From positions 4,836,001 through 4,900,000 of the forward strand of contig CAKKNE010000002.1 in the NCBI GenBank assembly GCA_918797485.1: a stretch of 64,000 nucleotides of DNA, written 5' to 3'. This document shows, in pieces, positions 30,617 to 41,652 of this stretch; the stretch's first letter is position 1; every line of letters begins with the position of its first letter. The position numbers and the translations under genes were made by a program. The notes below the pieces were generated by a model. It worked only from the letters and a program-made list of their open reading frames with translations. It ran no database searches and was not told where the DNA came from. This DNA comes from Pelagomonas calceolata. Its lineage: Eukaryota.

Positions 30617-31456
30617 TTAGAAACCACCCATCCCCCCCGCGATATCATTCTCTCGGTTCGAGGACGAGGGCTTCTGGTACTCGAACCCGTTGCACGTCAA
30701 ACCCCCGTCCACACACAATATTTGTCCGGTCACATAAGGCGCCGAACAGAGGTAGGCGACGGCCTGACTGACGTCGGACGGCTCGCCGACCCTTCGCAAA
30801 GGTGTCCTCGCTTCCACCGCTGCTCGGAAATCGGAATCATCCAAAAGAGGCTCCGTCAGCTCCGTGCGGATGAACCAGGGGTCCACGCTGTTCACCCTCA
30901 CCTGGCAGGGCCCCCACTCGCACGCTAAATATCTAGTGAGATGATCCAAGCCGGCCTTCGAGACCGCATAAGCCACACCCGTGTGGTCGCAGCAGACGCC
31001 CGAGATCGAGCCGATGTTCACAATACACCCGTTTCTTTCCTCGAGCATGGCTTTACAGTCGCGACACAGGAACACGGCCGCATCTAAATTTGTTTCTAAC
31101 ACTGAGCGGTAGTCGCCCTCGTCGAGCTCCGTCGTCGGGCCTCTGACGTTCGTCCCGACGTTGTTCACGAGGATATCTAAACCTCCTGTGGTCGCGATGG
31201 CGTCGACAAAAGCTCTTCTCCCTTCTGTCGTGCGCACGTCGGCCGTTACTGCCACAACATTTTCGAGCTCTGCCAATGAATCGACGTTGCGCGCGCAGGC
31301 GATGACCGTGGCACAGCCCTGGCGCAGGAGCTCGTCGACGACGGCCCTACCTAATCCGCGCGACCCGCCCGTCACGGCGGCGATGCGGCCGTCGAGGGGT
31401 TTCGGTTTTGCGCTAACCGTCGCTAGGACGAGCCATGCGAGCGTTTGGGTGCGCAT
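30617..31456 (-). CDS. Tropinone reductase-like SDR
   Basis: TGGSRGLG, LDILVNNVGTN, YAVSK, LACEWG, RVNSVDPWFIRT. Confidence 0.92.
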   Translation of the reverse strand: MRTQTLAWLVLATVSAKPKPLDGRIAAVTGGSRGLGRAVVDELLRQGCATVIACARNVDSLAELENVVAVTADVRTTEGRRAFVDAIATTGGLDILVNNVGTNVRGPTTELDEGDYRSVLETNLDAAVFLCRDCKAMLEERNGCIVNIGSISGVCCDHTGVAYAVSKAGLDHLTRYLACEWGPCQVRVNSVDPWFIRTELTEPLLDDSDFRAAVEARTPLRRVGEPSDVSQAVAYLCSAPYVTGQILCVDGGLTCNGFEYQKPSSSNRENDIAGGMGGF

Positions 31457-31668
31457 GGCTGCTACACGCGTCTTGCTCCGGCCTGGGTGCGACACGCGTC
31501 GGTGCTCCGCCCTGCAAGTGGTGCAAGTGCAGTGGCTGTCACTGCGCTTGTGAATCCAGCCGAGCGCTGCGATTTCGGTCTTACCGGCTAAAATTAGAAG
31601 TGTGTGTCCGTCAGAGGCTGGTGAGTATCGATAGCGCCCCCAACCCGCTCGAGCTGAAACCGAGTGGT

Positions 31669-31692
31669 GCTAGCGTCGTGTAAGACACTAGC
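31669..31692 (+). promoter_or_regulatory. CTAG-box motif
   Basis: GCTAGCGTCGTGTAAGACACTAGC upstream of the SDR gene. Confidence 0.65.
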
Positions 31693-31773
31693 AATCTGCC
31701 TTTTTGGCTCCTCGCGTACAAGCTCGCATGAACAAGGACTCTAGGACCGAATTTACTCTGAGAAAGGAGCGAC

Positions 31774-33480
31774 CTAGTCGAAGCCCATCGCCTCCAGCCC
31801 GGCGACGAGGACGACGGAGGCCGGGTAGATCGCGAGGATGAGCGCGCCGTCGACGGGCGTCAGCGTGCCTTTGCGCGCGAAGACGGCCACGGCGAGCTGG
31901 ACGAAGACGATGGACAGCGTCTCGGCCGTGTACTGCCAGGCAATTCCTTTGAAGTAAACGAGGCCCATGAAGATCGCGAGGCAGAACGTGTTGTTCATGC
32001 AGGCCGCGCCTTCTAACGCTGCGAAGGAGATGGTGATGGAGGTCTGGGTCTTCTTGCCCGCGTAGTACATCGATGCTAATAGTTCTGAGGCGTTCGAGGC
32101 CAACGGAGCGAGTAAGAAGGACACGTAGAAGGCCGGCACGCCCGTGCGCACGCCGATCTCGGACATGACGTCGACCATGGGGTCGCTGAAGACCACCACC
32201 AACGCCGTGCCCAGGAAGAGCTTCTGGGCCGCTCTCGACTTGATCACCTTCTGTTGGTCCGCCGGGCTGAGATCTTGGATGTCCTCCGGGACTTCTTCAT
32301 CCTCCTCACCCTCGTCGTCGTCCGCACTGCTTCCAGAGCGCTTGATGGCCTCGCCGACGGCTCTCGAACCCTCGCTCTCGTGCGACCGTCGGTGGACGTG
32401 CGACCAGATACCAGTGACAAATTCATCGAAGTCGATCGTGCCGTTCTTGTCATGATCTAATTCATCGAAAATAGCGTCCAACGCCGCAGGCGGCGGGTCC
32501 TCGCCCAAATCGTGGAACACTGCCTTAATTTCACCCTTGTCGAGGTGGCCGTCGCCGCTCTGGTCGAACTTCTTGAAGAAGGGTCGCACGACCTCGCTGA
32601 TCTTGGCCTTGACCACATGATCTAGGCCAGAGGTCGTACCGTAGCCTCCTTCATTCCCTCCCGCGAGAGGGTCCTGGGTGGCATAAACTAATCCAGCCAT
32701 GGCTCCGGCCAGCGACACTTGACCAGACGCCAGCATGGTCTTCATGACCGCCTCCTGCTTCTTCTTCTGCACATCTTGCGCATGGGAAGATGAGACTTGA
32801 TAGTACAAGTAGGAGACGAACCCCCCTAGCGTCGTAACTAAACCCAGCAGAGCCCAGGACTTTTCATTTTCGGCCACTTCGGCCCTCGAATCGCCGGCCA
32901 TGAAGAAGGCCGGGCCTTGAATAATAACATACGACACGAGGGTCATGACCATGATGTTGGCTCCAGACTTGACCTGCGGGCCCGGAGAAACTCCACATTC
33001 GGTGGGGCCCCGGTTGGCCCCTAACTTGGGCTTCCGGGCATAATTCGCCTTGCCCTCCGCATCTAAATCCACGCGACCCGCCCATAATGAGAGGGCCCAC
33101 GGGACCGTGAGGAGCATAATCGTACTACCAGCCAAGGCTCCCACACCAACAGCCAGGTTCTCCTGCGCCTCCTCGACATCACCCAATCCGGAAAAGAGCA
33201 TGATCGCGCCGTCGGGCACGGCGCCTAGGACTGGTAAAACGCAGCTCCCAACAATGCCCGCGATGCTCGGCACCAGCAGCAATAGGTCCGAACCCTCACT
33301 AATCAGGTTCGAGGCGAAGTAGAGCACGTACCCATAGGAGAGGAAGAGCCACAATAGGCCGCTGTCTCCGATGTCGTCCGGCTCTCTGCGATGGGGGCGG
33401 TGGTTGCTGCGAGGGAGTGGGCGGGGCGGGGGCGGCGCGCGTAGGGAGGGAGGGTGCACTCACATGGCCGGGAACCCCAT
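31774..33480 (-). CDS. EF-hand Na+/Ca2+ exchanger (NCL/EF-CAX type); intron 33386-33463
   Basis: LPVLGAVPD, GALAGSTIMLLT, two EF-hands, PLASNASE, MNNTFCL; GTGAGT..CAG intron after MGFPA. Confidence 0.92.
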
Positions 33481-33837
33481 GTTGCGGCGCCTCTCGCGTG
33501 CGCGCGCGGGCGTGGGGCAGCCCGTGCACCGCGGCAGCGAGGAACTGACTGCAGCTTAAAAAGAATTGCCGGGGGTGTTTGTGGTGTTGTGCGAGGTCGT
33601 CGGGGGCGGCGCAAGTGAGTATGGTGACCCTTCGGACTCGTCTTTGGATGGGGGCACTAGCGCCTCTCACCACAGCGGATGTTGCTCTCCCCACGACGTG
33701 AGCAGCATAGTGGACGTCGCGCGCAACGCAACGCGGTTCGAGGAGCGTCGCGGACGCTCTCTCGCGCCGCTCTCTCCCATCTTGTGCCACTGCCAGGGAG
33801 CGCGTTCGCCGAACGCACTCTCTCAGGGCAGCCCACT

Positions 33838-34833
33838 ATGTCCACAGCGGAAGACGCGCGGCGCCGGGGTCCGGGCAGCCTCGACAAAATGTCCGCAGCG
33901 CCGGAAGACGCGCGCCCGGCGCCGGGGACCCCGGTGAGGCCCAGTCCAGGCACAACAGTCGTCACCCCGACGAAGGTCGGTCCCGACGAGTGGCGCCGCG
34001 ACGGCGTCGGCGGCCACACGCCGGAGGACTTCTACGCCAGGGCCGCGGAACTCAAGGGCGCGCCCACCACACAACGCGGCGCCGGCGTAGGAGTGGTGGG
34101 ACTCACGCACGAGCTCAGCGAAAAGGACGCGGAGAGTTTTTATGTTCAGGTCGCCGACCTGAAGGGCGACGCGCACGCGGAGCGGACGCGGCGCGAGAGG
34201 GAAGAAAGACGCCTGTCCATGGAGCGCGAGTTCCGGGAGATCCTGCCGCACACGAGCATCGGCAAGCGGCGCGCGGGCTGGGAGGCGCCTGTCTACTGGA
34301 AGGACAAGGACCCGAAGGCGCCGCCGCCGGACGCGAGCGGCGGCTCGGACGCGGCCGCGCTCTGCGCGGCGGCGGCGGCCGCGCGGCGCGAGGCCGCCGC
34401 GGCGCGGCTCAGGCCTGACGAACCGCGCGCGGCGCCACCGGTAGATAGGGCTGTCAGCGCGGCGGCGTACGACATTGGAGATGCCATAACGAGGCCGAAA
34501 GCGCCCGAACCGGATCACGCGCCCATCGAATGGGTCGCGCCGCCGAAGCGCCCGACGTCGCCCGACGGCTTCGACTTCTTCCCCGACATCGACGAGCGCG
34601 ACGACAATAACAGGGCGCCCGCGCCGCCGCCGGGCGCGTGGTGGTGGGAGCGCCTCGCCCACGGCGTCCAGAACTGCGGCCCTCTCATTGAGGCCTGCGG
34701 GGATCCTTGCCACACGGTCGTCGACGACGACACGTACCCGGCGCCCGCTGGCTGGAATCCGCCGCCACGCGTCTCGCGGCGGGGCGCGTCGCCGCCGCGG
34801 GCGCCGCCGTCGGGAGGTAAGGGCCCTGCATAA
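33838..34833 (+). CDS. Hypothetical low-complexity protein
   Basis: ORF with GC3-rich codons; no family recognised. Confidence 0.55.
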   Translation: MSTAEDARRRGPGSLDKMSAAPEDARPAPGTPVRPSPGTTVVTPTKVGPDEWRRDGVGGHTPEDFYARAAELKGAPTTQRGAGVGVVGLTHELSEKDAESFYVQVADLKGDAHAERTRREREERRLSMEREFREILPHTSIGKRRAGWEAPVYWKDKDPKAPPPDASGGSDAAALCAAAAAARREAAAARLRPDEPRAAPPVDRAVSAAAYDIGDAITRPKAPEPDHAPIEWVAPPKRPTSPDGFDFFPDIDERDDNNRAPAPPPGAWWWERLAHGVQNCGPLIEACGDPCHTVVDDDTYPAPAGWNPPPRVSRRGASPPRAPPSGGKGPA

Positions 34834-34847
34834 TTATACATACAAAG

Positions 34848-36507
34848 TTACTTGCCTTCGGGAAACACGAGGTCGCCGTTGGCCATGTGTTCCTCGAGGG
34901 CCTCGACGAGTCCGCCGAAGTACAGCTCCGGGAAGACCGTCTCCCGGCACCAGTCCCGCGCTCCGGCGTCGCCCCCGCACTCCCGTGACCCTCGCTTGCG
35001 GCGCCGGAGCTTGTCCAGCGCCGACGACTGAAGCGTGTGGAAGCTCCGCGACGTGAGGATCTTTTCTAGCGTCGGACGCGGGGAAGAGCGCGATGTCGAC
35101 CGCACCGACAGCTCCGGTGAAGGTGGCACCGTCGCTTCCAAGAAGCGCACGGTCGTCGGCGTCGCGGAGGAGCGGACGGTGTGGGAGGAGTCGTCCAGAC
35201 CGGGCGGCGGCGGGGGCGGTGCCGCCGAGAAGCGCCGGCGCGACCGCGGCGTTGTCGCTTCGGCTTGTCGCAGAGCTCGCGCGTAGAGGCCGAGCACGTT
35301 GTCCACGATTTTTTCCTTGTCGTCCTCCCGCGAGAAGTCTCCCTCAAAGACGCGCATCGCGGCGTCGTACCAGTCGCGGCGGCCGGCGATGGGCGCCAGG
35401 CCGGCGTCATCATACACATACATCGCGGCGGCGCCGCCGGCCTTGTTCATCATCGCCCACATTTCTAGCCGGCACCACCCGCGCGCGAGGTACGTCGACG
35501 CGTCGACGCGCTCGCCCGTGTCCCGGTGCAAACCGCTCGGACACACGGCGACGAAGTAGCGCGCCGCGTTGCTATAGACCGCGAGCGAATTGCACGCGGC
35601 CGCCTGCGACGTCCGGTTCCGCTGCGGCACGGACGCGTAGTCGCACCACAGATAGATTTCTTCGACTCCGCACTTCCTTTGTATGGCCTGCGCCGCCCCA
35701 CAAATCGCGGTGAAGTGCGTGCCGTCGGGATCGGGTTCGTCTCTACCCAACCACTGGTGGCTCACGAACAGGATCGGGTGCGACGAGGCAAATTCTACAA
35801 CATCGTCGTAATTGTCGAGGAACACGAGGTCGCCGCGCACCGCCTCGTGCGGCGGCAGGCGGCCGAAGCGTCGTAAGGACTCTAACGAGAACACGACCAT
35901 GGGATGTTCACACGTGTGCACGGCGTCCACTGCTCTTTGTAGTCGCAGGAGGCGGGCCTCGTCCATCTCAGTTCGTGCAGCCTTCGCCTCGCGCCAGGAG
36001 GCCCACGCAGTACAAAAACACATGTAGAGCGCTATGACCATCGCGAGACACGCGATGCCGATAAGCAACGCAATAAACCACGTCTGGTGGGTGAAGCCGC
36101 GGTCGCGGTTCCGGCTCCTACCACCTTCAGTCCCGTCATCAAGGGTATGCTGGATGCTCAACTGCCACCGTTCCTTGTTGTCCTTAATCCAGGAGCACGC
36201 TGCGTCGCGCATCGACGAGGATTCGCGACACGGCGGCCTGGACCTGGCTCGAGAGCCAGTTCCCAAATTCGATGACCACCGGCTCACGGTTGCGCCGGAT
36301 CCCGGCGAGGCCCTTGTCCTCGCGGAGGGAATTCCACTCCTCACCCAGACACGGCTCGCACTTTTCCGCGACGCAGCCGAGGCGCGGCCGCGTGTCGTCG
36401 AAAGCCACATCGTTGAGTTGCGACGGCCAAGCTCGCGGCGCGGGGCAGGGGGCGTGCTCGGCGACGGCGAACCGGCACGCCGCCAGGGCGATTGCGAGCC
36501 ACCACAT
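34848..36507 (-). pseudogene. Signal peptide - truncated solute-binding (OpuAC/ProX-like) region - TM - HET-like domain; frameshift near 36210
   Basis: MWWLAIALAAC; IEFGNWLSSQVQAAVSRILV; other frame DAACSWIKDNKERW; TM; FVSHQW, LWCDYASVPQ, YLARGWCRLE. Confidence 0.65.
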
Positions 36508-36822
36508 CCGTCACTTCATTGAGCTTGAATTAGCCTCAGGAGTCTCGAGCGGTCTGGCCAAGTCTTGCCGTGTTTATTTATATTTATGACGAGCGAGCGG
36601 CGAGCTCAGGCCGGTATCTTATTGACTTGGCGCCGCGCCAGCTAAATGCGGAATGCCGCGTACCACAAAGTTATACTACCTCGAGCACCCCCCTACTCAG
36701 GGCCTACTGTACACAAGCCCTGTTTTGGAGGTTGCTTTGCTAAGAGCTACGCCGCGCCACCAAGGCGACTTCGGGGAATGCGTGACCGAGGTTTAAAACA
36801 CAAACCAAAAAGTTACACAAGA

Positions 36823-39800
36823 CTACCGCGGACTAGCCGCCAACCCCAACTGCCCCAAGACGGCCGCATCGCACGCCTCCAGCGCCTCCTGGACGGCCGG
36901 CGCGCCGACGCGGCCCGCGACGGCCTCGAGCGCCGACCGCGCGAGCGCCACCAGGTCCGTGCGCGCCCAGTCGTGCTCGGCGCGCCAGGCGCATAAAGCG
37001 TCGAGCGGGAGCTCTATGTTCGCGTCGTCGGCGTCGACGGGCGTCTCCAGCGTGGCGCGGTCGGCGACGCGCGGGCTCCGGCGCAGCGACGCGCCGGGCC
37101 CGCGGCGCACGGCCTCGTTCACCAAGGTTAAAGCCCCGTCCAGGTCCGCCAACAAGGCCTGGCCGTCGCCGCACGCGGCCAAGCGCAAACACGCGAGGGC
37201 GCCCGTGGCCGCGCGCGCCGCGAGGACGTCGCCGCTCGTTCCGTCGACGTCGGCGCCTTTCCGAGCCTCGCCGTCGTCGAAGTTTTGCGAGTCGCCCCGG
37301 ACGTGCTTGCGCGCGAGCCAGGCTCTATAGACGCCCAGGGCCCGGTCCTCGCCCAGGGCTTGCGCAAATTCCTGAGGAGAGTGGGCGCAGCACCGCGTCA
37401 GGACGGCGTAGTGTTGGGCCCGCACGCTCTCGGCCGTGCTGTCGTCCAGGGCGTCGTCGGCCAGTCTTTGCAGAGCGCCGTCGCCCAAACTGGTGGAACC
37501 AGGGATGACATCTCCCGAGATGGGGCTTCGGAGTGTTGTTGGGGTCCTGGTTGACAAAGCTGTAGAAGCGACGTCGGGCGCCACTAACAACAAAGCCTCC
37601 AACGCCTTGTCCACGTGGCCCGACGCCCGCCAGCTCACTTCCCCAGCTAAAGCGCTGCACGCGCGCGCGGCGCAGGTAATGGCTTCGACGCCGCAGCGTT
37701 CCGACCCCAGGATCGCGAGGCAATGGGCGACTTGCGCGACGTCCATGGCTAAGGCTAAATCGCGCGGCGGCGCGCAGAGCTTCTCGAGGGCCTGCGCCGG
37801 TTGGCGGCAGGCCTGGACGCAGGCGTCGTGGTCGTCCAAGGGTAGCGTCCTCAATGCGTCGAGCCAGAGCCTTGCGGCCGCCGGCGCGGCGCACAGCTCC
37901 ACGTCCCTCGAATCGTCGAGCAGTAACGCCACGAAGGCACAAGCCGTGACGGAGGCTTGCGACGACGACGGCGCGTTGCGCGCAGCAATGAGCGCCGCCC
38001 GGCAGCAGTCGGCGCAGGCGTCGATCAACGAAGGGGCATTGCCGTCGTTGACAATGCGCTCCCCGAGGGACGCGACGGCTCGCACGCGGTCCGCGGCTAT
38101 TGACGCGTGCTCCGGCGTCTTCGACGCTGCTACACAAGCCTCCGCCGCGGCGCGCAGGGCCGCCTCGGCGAGGTCGTCCGACGACTCGAGGAACGTCGAG
38201 GCGCGCTGTAGCGCCGCATCGAGGAGCGATGAACTGGGCGGGAAGCGCGCCGCGAAGCGGCGTACGACGTCTAGGGCCGCGGTGGCGACGGCCGCGTCCC
38301 CGTCATTTATATCTTCGACACAAACGTCAGCCAAAGCTTGTAAAGCGGCGCCGTTGGCTTCGATCGCCAGGGCCCAGCAGCGGCTCAGCCAGTACAGGCG
38401 CCGCCGGTAGGCGTTGACGCAGATATCAGAAGTGGATACGCTTCGTAGCTTGATCAGTAACGAGGGAAAGTAGCTCGCGAACAAGGAACCAACAGCTTGG
38501 TCGACGCCGGGCAGCGCATCTGTCAAAGACGCGGCCGACGTGCCGACGGCTCGTAACGAAGCGTCGGCCTCGGCGAAGAAAGCTCTACACTGCTGGACAG
38601 TGTCGCTCGACAACGTCGCTAACGCCCCGACGGCCTGCTCGACGGCCGCGCGCCGGTCGTCGCCGAAGGCTCTCTCGACAAGCATGCGAGATAGAGCAGA
38701 GTCGCCCGTCCGGTCCACGGCCAATAAGGATAGCAGGCACCGCTCGGCCGCCGCGCGCACCGCCCTACAACCGTCTGGCGCGTCCGTCGAATCGGCGTCG
38801 TACGCTTCCTCTTCGTAGATGTCGTCGTCGTAAGCGGCTTCTACCTCCCAGCCGTCGTCCGCGTGGAGGGCGTAGTCCTCCGGGTCATTTAAGTGCTCAT
38901 TGAGCTCCGACGGTTGCAAAGGCAAAGCTTCATTGAGACAGTACTGTGCCAATTTCGGACCGTGCGACCGCGCGAAGGCAATCAAGTCTGAATCGCCGTC
39001 GGCCGCCCTCCCTAAGGCGTCTCCACACAATTCTAAGCGAGCCACAGCACCGGCAGGCGTCAGGCCCGGCTCATCTAAAGCTGCAACAGCTCTTTGCAGG
39101 AACGGCGCCCCATAAGCCCGCGCAAATTCAGAATTGCGCCGCCACGCACTGAGAGGCACGACCACTGTTTGCAATTTACGTCGTTGCCTCGGAGCTGCGT
39201 CCGTGAACTCCGTGATGGCCCTCCGGTCCAACGCGAGAAAACAATCGTAGACCGTTGTAGCTGCCGCGTCGGCGTGATTGAGCAAACGCGTCGCGGCCTT
39301 GGCGAGGATGCGTATGGCGTCAATATCTGACGAAGACGACGCTTGCCTTAACGCCGCGGCGACGTCCGGTAATAATAGCGCCGCGTCCTCCCTGAGCACT
39401 CTTCTGTCTCTGGGTAAACCTTTGCGCGCCAGCTCCTTGACCACGGCGCCGAAGAGCCGCAACGCCCTTCCACTCCCACGCGAGTAGCTTGTTAAGTACA
39501 CAGAAGGCGCGTCCCGCCAGGTCGCGGGCCAGTCGTTTTTGGCGCATCGACGAGCACACAGTTCGAGCTGCGCGAAGACGCGCTCATCAGTTTCCTCGCC
39601 GGCGTCGTCGAGCAGCCACCTTCGGACAAGGTCCTTTTCCCGTTCGTCGACGGCGTTGCCTCTTCTAGGTCGCCAGCGCCTGCCTATCACGTTTTTGAGG
39701 CAGATCGCGGCTAATAATCTAGCACCGGTGGCCGCCTCGCCCTCGGCTCTCGCTTGCGCGACCTCGACCAACGCTTGGACATAGCCCGGCGACGGCCCGA

Positions 39801-39960
39801 CCTCCCACTCCGTGACCTTTTGTTCGGACTTGGATCTGATACTGCCACGGCCCTCGGCGACCATCACCAAAGCACCGTGCACCTGCGTCGCCGTGATGCG
39901 GCGGTTCGGTTTCGGGCTTCGAGGTGCCGGGTTGGCCGAGGCCTGCATCATGGCGCTCAT
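36823..39960 (-). CDS. Importin-beta family (importin-11-like) HEAT-repeat protein
   Basis: IBN_N-like RLLAAICLKNVIGRRW; AKNDWPATW; DPEDY; 1045 aa helical. Confidence 0.8.
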   Translation of the reverse strand: MSAMMQASANPAPRSPKPNRRITATQVHGALVMVAEGRGSIRSKSEQKVTEWEVGPSPGYVQALVEVAQARAEGEAATGARLLAAICLKNVIGRRWRPRRGNAVDEREKDLVRRWLLDDAGEETDERVFAQLELCARRCAKNDWPATWRDAPSVYLTSYSRGSGRALRLFGAVVKELARKGLPRDRRVLREDAALLLPDVAAALRQASSSSDIDAIRILAKAATRLLNHADAAATTVYDCFLALDRRAITEFTDAAPRQRRKLQTVVVPLSAWRRNSEFARAYGAPFLQRAVAALDEPGLTPAGAVARLELCGDALGRAADGDSDLIAFARSHGPKLAQYCLNEALPLQPSELNEHLNDPEDYALHADDGWEVEAAYDDDIYEEEAYDADSTDAPDGCRAVRAAAERCLLSLLAVDRTGDSALSRMLVERAFGDDRRAAVEQAVGALATLSSDTVQQCRAFFAEADASLRAVGTSAASLTDALPGVDQAVGSLFASYFPSLLIKLRSVSTSDICVNAYRRRLYWLSRCWALAIEANGAALQALADVCVEDINDGDAAVATAALDVVRRFAARFPPSSSLLDAALQRASTFLESSDDLAEAALRAAAEACVAASKTPEHASIAADRVRAVASLGERIVNDGNAPSLIDACADCCRAALIAARNAPSSSQASVTACAFVALLLDDSRDVELCAAPAAARLWLDALRTLPLDDHDACVQACRQPAQALEKLCAPPRDLALAMDVAQVAHCLAILGSERCGVEAITCAARACSALAGEVSWRASGHVDKALEALLLVAPDVASTALSTRTPTTLRSPISGDVIPGSTSLGDGALQRLADDALDDSTAESVRAQHYAVLTRCCAHSPQEFAQALGEDRALGVYRAWLARKHVRGDSQNFDDGEARKGADVDGTSGDVLAARAATGALACLRLAACGDGQALLADLDGALTLVNEAVRRGPGASLRRSPRVADRATLETPVDADDANIELPLDALCAWRAEHDWARTDLVALARSALEAVAGRVGAPAVQEALEACDAAVLGQLGLAASPR

Positions 39961-40160
39961 CTTGTCTTCTTGCGATCGCTGCGGCGTGCGCGCGGGTGGC
40001 AGCTTGTGCTATGGCTGTACAGCTGCTCTGCTCCAAGGCGTTCCTGCGAGAAACGCCTCTGAATCCAAGAAGTTACAGTAGTCGCTCTCTCAAACCAGCA
40101 CTGCTTGCGTCAAACGATGCGGCGACCGCGAGTTTGCTTTGTTTGCTTTGCCAGGCATCC

Positions 40161-40183
40161 CTAGTATCTTACAGGGCGCTAGC
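40161..40183 (-). promoter_or_regulatory. CTAG-box motif
   Basis: GCTAGCGCCCTGTAAGATACTAG (minus strand) about 200 bp upstream of the importin ATG. Confidence 0.6.
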
Positions 40184-40249
40184 TCGCGGGGGATCCTCAA
40201 AGCGCGAAGTTGAGCCCACAGGTGCGTTTTTTATACAAAAAGACACAGA

Positions 40250-41176
40250 TTACTGATCATACCACATACCCGGGTGCGCCGGCCGCCGCGCCAGCAGCCG
40301 CGCGTCCGACGGCGGGACGAGGTGCGTCGACAGGCCGCCGTCCTCGAAGCTGCCGAAGCGGTCCTCGAGCACTTCGACGAAGACGTCGTCCATGGCGCTG
40401 TCGTAGCGCTCGCCCAGGTTTTTGCGCAGGCCCGCCGCGGCACGCCTCAGTAGCACGCCGGCCAACGCGTCGGCGCCCGTCCCGCCGTCTTCCGTCCAGT
40501 GCTTGTAGGCGTCGGAGGGACTCGACGCTTTCGATCCGCCGTCGATGGCCGCCCTCACTAAATCGCGGCACAATCTGACACGATCCTCGGCGGTGCGGTG
40601 GTGCGGCGAGGCCAATTGTTTTTTCGCCTCCAGGACCATGGCGAGCGCCTCTTGTAAAGCGGCGGGCACTGAGGCCTGTTCAACGACTGCGTCCCCGCTC
40701 GCGAGGACGATTCTGGCTTTATTTGCGAGGGCCGCGTCGTCGGCGCTACGCACCGCCGCGGACAGCAGGACCGCGGCCGAAATGCCAAGGCGCACGCGAT
40801 CACCGATTTCGTCGCCCGAGTCAGCCGCGGCCTCGGCCTCCTCGACGGAAATGATATTCCGGTCGAGGCACCGCTGCAGGAGCACCGCAGCTTGTCTGAA
40901 AAAGGACGCAATGACATGTTCGAACGCCGCTGTATCTCTAGCGTCGTGGCCGAACAAGCGTCGCAGCGCCACCAGCGACACGTTGCCAAACTCGAGCAGG
41001 CCCGCCTCGGCGCTGTCGAGCATCAATGCGGTCGCATCTCCGAACACATAATCAGGCTCGTCGTAGACGTAGCGCGCGATGAATTCGCCCGCCGTGTAGA
41101 GCGCCGTGTAGACGCCGACCATCGTCAGCAGGGGGTACTCGCGCGCGCAGTGCGCTAGGGTTTGGAGCGGCTTCAT
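40250..41176 (-). CDS. Hypothetical protein with N-terminal hydrophobic segment
   Basis: 308-aa ATG-initiated ORF with coding-like composition. Confidence 0.6.
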   Translation of the reverse strand: MKPLQTLAHCAREYPLLTMVGVYTALYTAGEFIARYVYDEPDYVFGDATALMLDSAEAGLLEFGNVSLVALRRLFGHDARDTAAFEHVIASFFRQAAVLLQRCLDRNIISVEEAEAAADSGDEIGDRVRLGISAAVLLSAAVRSADDAALANKARIVLASGDAVVEQASVPAALQEALAMVLEAKKQLASPHHRTAEDRVRLCRDLVRAAIDGGSKASSPSDAYKHWTEDGGTGADALAGVLLRRAAAGLRKNLGERYDSAMDDVFVEVLEDRFGSFEDGGLSTHLVPPSDARLLARRPAHPGMWYDQ

Positions 41177-41389
41177 ACTTGTGAATCTTGCTTTTTACGC
41201 TTGCGCGTGTCTGGTTTTACTTGTCAAAGAGCGCTTGTGGTGCGCATGTGATTTTGACGTCTCGCAGCCTCCAGCTCGGCACCGCTTTGTTATCGAACGA
41301 CTGTCGACCACTCGTGGAGGATTCCTTTGGACTCCGAGCCAATTCTGTCGTGCGCACGGCGCGTATAAGACTCAAGCGCGGGCGGCCGA

Positions 41390-41413
41390 GCTAGCGGCAT
41401 GTAAGACACTAGC
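41390..41413 (+). promoter_or_regulatory. CTAG-box motif
   Basis: GCTAGCGGCATGTAAGACACTAGC between divergent genes. Confidence 0.65.
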
Positions 41414-41652
41414 AAGCAAGCAGGCGGGCGCAAAAGCTTGCTGATTGCTGCGCGGAGCAACCGGTTGCACGTAAAGACGTACTCCGTGGACCACTGCCAA
41501 GGCAGCACTTGCTGCCGCGACCGCGCTCCGCCGCTCGTGCTGTGCCCACAAGGTAACCCTACCACTCACTGCCAAGCAGCACTCGCTGGCCGCGCGTCGC
41601 CGCACGCCGTCGCCGCGACACGCCGAGCAGTCGCCGCGACCGCTAAGGCAAT

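Noticed and set aside
33655..33661. Lone CACTAGC or GCTAGCG half-sites (also near 6935)
   Set aside because: Only one half-site each, too short to call, although both lie in divergent promoters
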